42,535 nt of DNA from contig JAICNA010000001.1 of assembly GCA_025928955.1 (NCBI GenBank), forward strand, positions 1 through 42,535. The letters run 5' to 3'. Position 1 is the first letter of the stretch. Each line of letters starts with the position of its first letter. Positions 8,274 to 16,598 of this stretch are shown here, piece by piece. The translations under genes were made by a program, and so were the position numbers. A model generated the notes under the pieces. That model had not been told where the DNA came from. It made no database searches and saw nothing but the letters and a program-made list of their open reading frames with translations. Source of the stretch: Gemmatimonadales bacterium (lineage in GTDB: Bacteria > Gemmatimonadota > Gemmatimonadetes > Gemmatimonadales > GWC2-71-9).

Positions 8274-8870
8274 TTAATGACCGACCACCAGCCGTGCACT
8301 GCCGCCCTCTGGTCCTTCGGGTACTGCGTCGGCGCGGGCGGCGCGAAAGCCGCCGATGCCGAGCCAGGCCGCCACCGGTGCCGCAAGCAGCACAATGACG
8401 ACCGTCTTCCAGGTCGCGACCTCGAATCCCGGCGTGACGCGCTCGCTGAGGGTCGAGGAGAGCGCACTGAAGTCGATGACGAACAGGATCCCGCCGATCA
8501 CCGCGAAGGCCGCCACCGCCAGGAGCACCCCCGACACCAGCCGGAGGACTCCGTGATGCCGCGCGACGATGGCGGATGCCCCGGCAATGGCCAGTCCGAG
8601 CAGGGGAGTCACCATGGAGTTGAACACCAGCCCGAGGGCCCCGTAGCGCCAGTCCCGGCTGCCGAAGTCCGCCGGCAGGATCTTCGGGAACGTGTCCAGG
8701 AGGGACGTGACGATCAGGAGAAGGGCAATCGGATAACCCGCAAGCGCGAGCGGCCGAGCCGCCGGGACGATGGGCTGGATCGTGCACTCCGGTTCAAGAC
8801 AGCGGAGAGGTTCGCAATATCCATACTCGGAAGGCCACCCCGCGCTGGCGACGCATCCTGTTGGACCCAT
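8274..8870 (-). CDS. Hypothetical 4-TM membrane protein, paralog of 6921..7460
   Basis: ATG at 8870 inside ORF 8274..9206. The longer reading would collide with the divergent GT gene. There are no in-frame GTG/TTG codons closer to the first TM. It ends 18 nt before the PEP-CTERM gene start. Confidence 0.55.
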   Translation of the reverse strand: MGPTGCVASAGWPSEYGYCEPLRCLEPECTIQPIVPAARPLALAGYPIALLLIVTSLLDTFPKILPADFGSRDWRYGALGLVFNSMVTPLLGLAIAGASAIVARHHGVLRLVSGVLLAVAAFAVIGGILFVIDFSALSSTLSERVTPGFEVATWKTVVIVLLAAPVAAWLGIGGFRAARADAVPEGPEGGSARLVVGH

Positions 8871-8930
8871 TGAACTTCGAGTCCTGACCAGGCAGTCAGG
8901 CCGTACACCTTGCACCACACTGGGCCGAAT

Positions 8931-8946
8931 TGCTGGGTCGGCGCCA
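8931..8946 (-). promoter_or_regulatory. Weak sigma-54-like match on the minus strand (TGGCGC-CGACC-CAGCA)
   Basis: GG-N10-GC spacing is correct, 61 nt upstream of the ATG at 8870. The -12 half is poor. Confidence 0.25.
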
Positions 8947-9000
8947 CAACACCGCGGGATTACTTCCGCCCGCGTTATCTTCGAAGGGGTTGGGCGGGGC

Positions 9001-10224
9001 ATGCCGCTTGCACCCGGCCCGGCTGCCCGCTTACCGGAGGATGTGCTGAGCACGGAAACACTGCCGAGGAGCCGACGCATCGAGACGGAAACGCAGCGCG
9101 CCCCGATTCGTGTGCTCTTCTGCGTGGACAACCTCGGGATCGGGGGCACCGAGCTCAACGCCGTGCGCACCGCTGAGGCGCTCGACCCGGAGCGGGTCCG
9201 ACTCACCGTGGCGCTGCTCGGTGCCGACGGCGAGCTGCGAGAGCGCTATGAGCGGCTCGGGATCGCGATTCACCGCTTTCCCCTCGGCACGCTCCGCGGT
9301 CGCCGGACGATTGCCGAAGGACGGCGCTTCGTGAAGCTGCTGCGCAGCGAACGGATCGATGTCGTTCATTGTCACGACATGTACTCGAACGTGTTCGGCA
9401 GCGTGGCCGCCCGCATCGCCGGCGTGGGCGGCGTCATCGTGAGCCGCCGCTGGTCGAATACGCTGCCCGACCCTGCGCTCCGGACCGCCAACGGGATCGC
9501 GTACCGCGTCGGCCACCGAGTGCTCGCCAACAGCGAGGCGGTCGCCGCGTCGCTGCAGGCGGACGAGGGGGTCGCGGAGCGACGGATCACCGTGATCCCG
9601 AATTTCGTCGAGGAAGCCGCGTTCGAGCGCCCCGATCAGGCGGCGTGGTCCGCGGGACGCGCCGCACTCGGGGTCGAGCCCGGCGAGCGCGTGATCGGGA
9701 TCGTGGCGCGCCTCGCGCCGGTGAAGGATCATGCGACGCTCCTGCGCGCCTTTGCGGTGGTGCTCGCCCGCATTCCGTCGGTGCGGCTGGTGCTGGTCGG
9801 CGACGGACCGGAACGGGAGCGGCTCACCCGACTCGCCGCCGAGCTGGGCGTCGCGACCCAGGTGACGTTCGCCGGGACGCGACCGCACCGGCCCAATCCG
9901 CATCACCTCTTCGAGGTCTCGGTACTCTCGTCGATCAGCGAGGGGTTTCCGAACTCGGTGGTCGAGGCGATGGCGGCGGAGCGGCCGATCGTGGCCACGC
10001 GCGTCGGCGGTACGCCCGACGCGATCGCCGACGGCATCACCGGAATCCTCGTCCCGCCGCAGGATCCGGCGGCGCTCGCTCAGGGGCTGGTCCGAGTCCT
10101 CGAGGACGCGGACGAGGGGCGCAGGATGGGAATCGCCGCCGGGGAGGCAGCGCGAACGTCGTACAGCCGCCCGGCCGTCCTGGCCCGGCTGCTGTCGCTC
10201 TATGAGGAACTCGCGAGACGATGA
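9001..10224 (+). CDS. Glycosyltransferase family 4 (GT-B, GT1 clan)
   Basis: ATG at 9001 inside ORF 8770..10224. Motifs 'RVLFCVDNLGIGGTE' and 'SEGFPNSVVEAMAAERPIVATRVGGTPDAI'. Confidence 0.8.
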   Translation: MPLAPGPAARLPEDVLSTETLPRSRRIETETQRAPIRVLFCVDNLGIGGTELNAVRTAEALDPERVRLTVALLGADGELRERYERLGIAIHRFPLGTLRGRRTIAEGRRFVKLLRSERIDVVHCHDMYSNVFGSVAARIAGVGGVIVSRRWSNTLPDPALRTANGIAYRVGHRVLANSEAVAASLQADEGVAERRITVIPNFVEEAAFERPDQAAWSAGRAALGVEPGERVIGIVARLAPVKDHATLLRAFAVVLARIPSVRLVLVGDGPERERLTRLAAELGVATQVTFAGTRPHRPNPHHLFEVSVLSSISEGFPNSVVEAMAAERPIVATRVGGTPDAIADGITGILVPPQDPAALAQGLVRVLEDADEGRRMGIAAGEAARTSYSRPAVLARLLSLYEELARR

Positions 10225-11618
10225 GACGACGTGAGGAGGGGTGGCGCACCGCCCGCTCGCTGACACTGAACGGGGCTGCGCGGCCCGTCGCCGCAGGGCC
10301 CCAGCTCGGCGCCCCCGCCGCGCCGGCGTCTCGCGCGCAACTCGTCTCGCTCGGCGAGTACATCCGGCACCTCGCCTCGCACTTCGGCAACGTCGAGTGG
10401 TCGCTGTCGTTCATCGGCGTCCTCCTCTACATCTTCGTCACCACGACGTACCGGCTTCCCGTCGGCGACGTCGCGATGGCGTGCGCGCTCTTCGGTCTCT
10501 TCCTCCTCCGCGGACAGCTGCGCTTCCCGCCGTCCGCCATCCTCTACTTCGCCCTCCTGATCTGGGCCTGCGTCGGGCTCATGCTCTCGCCCTACCCGAC
10601 GGTGGTGGTCGAGGAGATCTGGAGCGGGGTGAAGGTCGGGCTCATCCTCCTCGCGATCGTGAACGCGCTGCGCTCCCGGTCGCAGATCCGCTTCTTCATC
10701 GTCTTCTTCCTCGCCTGCTTCGGCTCCCACCCGGCTCGCGGCACGGTCATCAACTACCTGACCGGCAATGCGGACTTCGGGCGCGCGGCGTGGAACTACA
10801 TCTACGAGAACTCGAACGACATGGCGGCGCTCACGCTGCTCCAGCTCTCCATGGCGCTCGGGCTCATCATGACGGAGCGTAAGGGGATCATCCGGCTCGG
10901 CGCGCTCTTCGCGCTCGGCGTGTTCCCCGTCGTCATCCTCATGACCCAGTCCCGCGCGGTCATGCTGGGCCTCGCCGTCTTCACGCTGCTCGCCATCGCC
11001 GGCCACAGGCGGAAGCTCCGGAGCCTCGCCGTCCTCGCCGTCGTCGGCGCCCTCACCGTCGCCATCGCGCCGAAGGGCGTGTGGGAGCGCATGAGCGGCC
11101 TCGCGAACGTGACCGACACGGAGAACCTCCGGGCCGTCGATGCCGAAGGCTCGGCGGAACAGCGCTGGATGATCTGGAAGGCCGGTGCGCAGATCGTGAA
11201 CTCGCATCCGATCGCCGGTGTCGGGCTCGGCGCTTATCCGTACGCCAATGGCGACGTGTCCGCGATCCTGGGCAAGAAGGACGCGCACAGCACCTACCTC
11301 ACCTTCGCCGCCGAGAACGGATATCCGGGGTTGATTCTCTTCCTCCTCCTCGTGGGCGTCACCATCGGGCGCGCCCGGAGGGTCCGGAAGCGCTGCGGCA
11401 CGGTGCTGCCGAACGCGGCGCAGCAGCTCCGATACCTCGAGATCGGCCTCATCGCGTTCCTCGTCGCCGGCGTCTGGGGCTCGTACGGGAAGCTGGCGTT
11501 CCTCTACGTGCACATCGCCCTCATCTGGGCGATGGCCGCCGCGATGGAAGCCGAGTGGCGGCGCACGCACCAGGCAGCGGCGATCGGCGCCACCGCGCCG
11601 CTCCCGCAGGGGGCCTGA
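10221..11618 (+). CDS. O-antigen ligase / Wzy-like EPS polymerase family membrane protein
   Basis: Polytopic membrane protein. Wzy_C-type motif 'HPIAGVGLGAYPY...KDAHSTYLTFAAENGYPGLILFLLLV'. ATGA overlap with the upstream gene. Confidence 0.8.
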   Translation: MRRREEGWRTARSLTLNGAARPVAAGPQLGAPAAPASRAQLVSLGEYIRHLASHFGNVEWSLSFIGVLLYIFVTTTYRLPVGDVAMACALFGLFLLRGQLRFPPSAILYFALLIWACVGLMLSPYPTVVVEEIWSGVKVGLILLAIVNALRSRSQIRFFIVFFLACFGSHPARGTVINYLTGNADFGRAAWNYIYENSNDMAALTLLQLSMALGLIMTERKGIIRLGALFALGVFPVVILMTQSRAVMLGLAVFTLLAIAGHRRKLRSLAVLAVVGALTVAIAPKGVWERMSGLANVTDTENLRAVDAEGSAEQRWMIWKAGAQIVNSHPIAGVGLGAYPYANGDVSAILGKKDAHSTYLTFAAENGYPGLILFLLLVGVTIGRARRVRKRCGTVLPNAAQQLRYLEIGLIAFLVAGVWGSYGKLAFLYVHIALIWAMAAAMEAEWRRTHQAAAIGATAPLPQGA

Positions 11619-11621
11619 CCG

Positions 11622-13499
<1,878 letters not shown>

Positions 13500-13600
13500 G
13501 GGTACCCGATATCGCAAAACACGACGGCATCCCGCTCGATTTCCGACTGCAACACCTTGCATAATCCGCAGTTATAGCGGCATATAGCCGCTCAATTCAC

Positions 13601-13616
13601 TGGCAGGAATATTGCC
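13601..13616 (+). promoter_or_regulatory. Sigma-54-type promoter candidate (TGGCAG-GAATA-TTGCC)
   Basis: Near-consensus -24/-12 elements with exact spacing, in a low-GC island. It lies upstream of the riboswitch-like leader and the 13828 start codon. Confidence 0.5.
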
Positions 13617-13669
13617 AGTTGGTCGGACACCCCTGAAGGATCATTACCAAGGGAACGGCCACCGTTCCC

Positions 13670-13760
13670 GCGCTGCTCAGAGCAAAGCCGCCGAAAGGCG
13701 GTGACGCAGAGCCACGGGGCTACCGCGAGCCATTCGCGACGCCAGCCGAGCCGCCAGCGC
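13670..13760 (+). promoter_or_regulatory. GEMM-I (c-di-GMP-I)-like riboswitch aptamer, copy A
   Basis: RNA reading: (G)CGCUG-CUCAGA-GCAAA-GCCGCC-GAAA-GGCGGU-GACGCAGAGCC-ACGGGGCUAC ... CCGC-CAGCG(C). There is a GAAA-capped 6-bp hairpin (13687-13702) and junction motifs GCAAA and GACGCAxAGCC. A closing helix can form between 13670-13675 and 13755-13760. Confidence 0.6.
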
Positions 13761-13827
13761 CGACACACCCTTGCCCGGGTGTGGCTCGCCGGCGGCCTGT
13801 TCGCGTCCCGACCTCGAGGAGACCCCA

Positions 13828-16131
13828 ATGACGTACCGGCACAAGCTTTCCCGCCGTCTGGCCATGCTGCGCAACAGCGTGCTTCTCGGCCTGACGCTTA
13901 CCGCAGCGGGCTGCCGCGATAACGGGCCTTTGGGCTCAACTCTCGACCCTCTAGATTCCCACAGTGACATCATTGCGCTGCTCGCGTCCTCGGATAATCC
14001 GACCGTGGCGCCGAAGCAGCCGACCCCGATGCGGGTGGTGGCCCTGACCAAGGGGGGCAGCCACCAGTCCATCGAGGCCGATTGGATGGCGCTGGATGGT
14101 GGGCTCCTGCGGGACAGTCTGGTCGGGAAGGAGCTGGTGACCTTCTTCAGCGCCGACGAGCCGGGGGAATACCGCCTCGTGAGCTTCGACCGGGGGAAGC
14201 GGTTCCGGGACACGACCCGGGTCACCGTTCCGAGCCAGAACGTGAGCATCGCCCAGATCTTCGTCTCTCCCGCGATCGCCGCGCTCGTTGCCGGCGCTTC
14301 GCAGCAATTCTATGTCTACGGCACCAGCGAGACCGGGGATAGCGTTCCGGTCGCCGCGGTGCTGCAGCACGCGCCCGGCGGCACACCCAGCGGCCTCGTC
14401 TATACGGCCGGCGATACCGCGGGCGAGTATACCCTCACCTTCAAGCAGCAGGGTGGCCCGGCCACGGTGAACGCGACTGTCGCGGTCACCGTTCCCAAGC
14501 TCGAGTCGCCGGTCGCGGATCCGCTGCCGGAGCCGTCACCCGAGCCGACGCCGGAGCCGACCCCGGAGCCCACGCCCGAGCCGACTCCGGAGCCCACGCC
14601 GACACCCGAGCCGCTTCCCGGCGTCGGTGAGTCACCCGCGGAAATGCCGCGCGTCTATCTCGATACCCGGTACCAGGCGCCGGGCGGGCGGACGATCGTG
14701 GTGCCGAACGGCGGCGACCTCCAGGGCGCGCTCAATGCCGCGGTCCGCGGCGACGTGATCGAGCTGGCGGCAGGCGCGGTGTATACCGGCAACTTCGTGC
14801 TCCCTGCCAAGGCAGGCTCCGGCACCATCGTGCTGCGCACGGCGACGACCCTGCCGGCGGAAGGTGTCCGTGTCACGCCGGCGCAGGCGGCGGGCTACGC
14901 GCGGATCGTCACGGCGAACTCGATGCCGGCGCTGCGCACGGCAGCCGGCGGGACGGCCGGCGGCTACCGGATCATGGGCGTCGAGATCACGTCGAGCGCC
15001 TCGATGTCGTACTCGATCGTCCATATCGGCGATTACGACAATCTGGCGTCCAGCGTGGACATGCTCCCCGCCGATGTCGTGTTCGACCGGGTCTACATCC
15101 ACGGCAGCACGTCGAACGGCATCCAGCGCTGCATGGTCCTCAACGCGCGGGCAAGCGCGGTGGTGGACAGCTGGATCTCGGAGTGCCACATCAAGGGATT
15201 CGACTCCCAGGCGATCGTGGCGTGGCTCTCCCCCGGCCCGCTCAAGTTCGTGAACAATCACCTGGCGGGCGCAGGCGAGAACCTCATGATCGGCGGCGCC
15301 GACCCGCGCATCTCGGGGCTCGTCGGCTCCGACATCGAGATCCGCCGCAATCACTTCTACAAGCCGCTGAGCTGGAAGACGTCCGGCGCGTGGACGGTGA
15401 AGAACTCGTTCGAGCTCAAGAACTCGCGCCGCGTGCTGGTGGAGGGCAATCTCTTCGAGAACAACTGGAGCGACGGGCAGACCGGTTTCGCCATCGTCCT
15501 GAAGTCCATCAACGACGGCGGCCGCTGCACCTGGTGCGTCACGGAGGACGTGACCTTCCGGTACAACAAGATCGTGAACTCGCCAGGCGGCATCAATCTC
15601 GTCGCCGTGCAGGCCTATAACGGTGGCGGGGCGATTCCGGCCAACAGCATGCTCATCGCCCACAACGTGTTCGAGGACGTGGGCCTCAACTCGGCGATCG
15701 GCGACCGGCGCATCTTCCAGTTCATCGGCCAGCTCAGCAGCATCGTCGTCGAGCACAACACCGCGTTCGGCGAGAACGCCGCCGTCATGTTCGACGGGTA
15801 CCCGGCGAGCGGGCTCGTGTTCCGCAACAACCTCCTGCTCCGCGGGCAGTACGGCGTCTTCGGGAGCGGGAAGGGCGAGGGCAAGCCTGCGCTCGACTAC
15901 TTCGCGCCAGGGGCGGTCTTCGCCGGCAACCTCGTGATCGGCGCGAATCCGTCGATCTATCCGACGGGCAACTACTTCCCGGAGAGCGTGCTGACCGTCG
16001 GGCTGGTCGATTACGCCGGTGGCAACTACTCGCTTTCCTCGGGCAGCACCTACTACACCTCGGGCGTCGGCGGCCGCACCCCGGGGGCGGACTGGAGCAA
16101 GCTGTCGCAGCTCATCTCCGGGATTCGCTAG
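13828..16131 (+). CDS. Secreted (probable lipo)protein: Big2-like Ig domain(s), Pro-Thr linker, right-handed parallel beta-helix domain (candidate glycanase/lyase/epimerase)
   Basis: ATG at 13828 (GGAG 8 nt upstream) inside ORF 13771..16131. Signal sequence 'MTYRHKLSRRLAMLRNSVLLGLTLTAAGC'. Big2-like 'IFVSPAIAALVAGASQQFYVYG'. Linker '[29 protein letters not shown]'. Beta-helix-like repeats: 'IEIRRNHFYK', 'VLVEGNLFENNW', 'VTFRYNKIVNSPGG'. Confidence 0.8.
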   Translation: MTYRHKLSRRLAMLRNSVLLGLTLTAAGCRDNGPLGSTLDPLDSHSDIIALLASSDNPTVAPKQPTPMRVVALTKGGSHQSIEADWMALDGGLLRDSLVGKELVTFFSADEPGEYRLVSFDRGKRFRDTTRVTVPSQNVSIAQIFVSPAIAALVAGASQQFYVYGTSETGDSVPVAAVLQHAPGGTPSGLVYTAGDTAGEYTLTFKQQGGPATVNATVAVTVPKLESPVADPLPEPSPEPTPEPTPEPTPEPTPEPTPTPEPLPGVGESPAEMPRVYLDTRYQAPGGRTIVVPNGGDLQGALNAAVRGDVIELAAGAVYTGNFVLPAKAGSGTIVLRTATTLPAEGVRVTPAQAAGYARIVTANSMPALRTAAGGTAGGYRIMGVEITSSASMSYSIVHIGDYDNLASSVDMLPADVVFDRVYIHGSTSNGIQRCMVLNARASAVVDSWISECHIKGFDSQAIVAWLSPGPLKFVNNHLAGAGENLMIGGADPRISGLVGSDIEIRRNHFYKPLSWKTSGAWTVKNSFELKNSRRVLVEGNLFENNWSDGQTGFAIVLKSINDGGRCTWCVTEDVTFRYNKIVNSPGGINLVAVQAYNGGGAIPANSMLIAHNVFEDVGLNSAIGDRRIFQFIGQLSSIVVEHNTAFGENAAVMFDGYPASGLVFRNNLLLRGQYGVFGSGKGEGKPALDYFAPGAVFAGNLVIGANPSIYPTGNYFPESVLTVGLVDYAGGNYSLSSGSTYYTSGVGGRTPGADWSKLSQLISGIR
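14521..14619 (+). repeat. Imperfect 12-nt tandem repeats encoding a (PEPT)n linker
   Basis: ccggagccgacc-type units repeated about 6 times, in frame within the CDS. Confidence 0.7.
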
Positions 16132-16168
16132 CGCCGCGCCGGATCTTCCGAACCAGGCCAGTCCGAAG

Positions 16169-16202
16169 AAAACCGCGCCGGTCCATCCGGCGCGGTTTTT
16201 TT
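16169..16202 (+). terminator. Rho-independent terminator
   Basis: AAAACCGCGCCGG (16169-16181), loop TCCAT, CCGGCGCGGTTTT, with a 7-T run ending at 16202. It lies 38 nt after the stop at 16131. Confidence 0.85.
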
Positions 16203-16438
16203 CGACGCCCGTTTCGCGCCGCAAACCGTCGAATAATTCGACAAAGCTCCGCAGTTATACGGAGCAAGCACCAACGATCACTTGTTGCAAGTTGTTGCTG
16301 TTAAACAATCTGTATTATTGTGATCCCGGTCACAGCACCCATTTCCAGTCAGTCCTAGTTTCCCGCAGCTCTCCGGAACCCCCTCGCAGAGCTGCCCGGG
16401 CAAGAGAAGTCTCGACTGATCTTCCCACCCGTACCATC

Positions 16439-16523
16439 CGCTGCTCAGAGCAAAGCCGCCGAAAGGCGGTGACGCAGAGTCACGGGGCTACAGCCACGCG
16501 CCATGCCCGCCGGACCGCCAGCG
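16439..16523 (+). promoter_or_regulatory. GEMM-I (c-di-GMP-I)-like riboswitch aptamer, copy B
   Basis: 16439-16491 is identical to 13671-13723 except for one transition at 16480. The closing-helix partner CAGCG lies within the conserved CCGCCAGCG (16515-16523). Confidence 0.6.
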
Positions 16524-16598
16524 ACGACGCACGCCTTTGTCCCAAGGTGCGCCGCCCTGGCGGTCGCCTGCCCTGTTGACACGCATCGAAGGAAACCG

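Noticed and set aside
8898-8914. AGGCCG-TACACC-TTGCA as a sigma-54 promoter for the 9001 GT operon
   Set aside because: The spacing between GG and GC is 11 nt rather than 10. Sigma-54 spacing is normally strict.
8770-9000. N-terminal extension of the GT4 ORF (track start 8770)
   Set aside because: It would overlap the oppositely oriented membrane-protein gene (8274-8870) by 100 nt. The extension has no GT homology. The GT fold starts at 'RVLFCVDNLGIGG', shortly after the ATG at 9001.
13701-13922. Possible conserved upstream ORF / leader peptide 'MTQSHGATA...' starting at the GTG inside the conserved leader (also at 16469 in copy B)
   Set aside because: The first 9 codons are identical only because they lie inside the conserved 53-mer. 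Further downstream the conserved nucleotide block CCGCCAGCG falls in different reading frames in the two copies, and an indel breaks colinearity. The conservation is therefore at the RNA/DNA level, not the peptide level. In copy A the ORF also runs into the main CDS out of frame.
14521-14619. PEPTPEPT repeats as PEP-CTERM signals, or the DNA repeats as a CRISPR-like array
   Set aside because: The repeats are in frame inside a long CDS and far from the C-terminus. They are not followed by a TM plus Arg cluster. The units are 12 nt with no spacers. This is simply a Pro-Thr interdomain linker.
16274-16289. Sigma-54 promoter upstream of lipoprotein B, by analogy with 13601-13616
   Set aside because: The aligned sequence ACGATC-ACTTG-TTGCA has a good -12 element but CG instead of the essential GG at -24. 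I found no other correctly spaced GG-N10-GC with TTGC in 16203-16440. The promoter of this gene remains unidentified.
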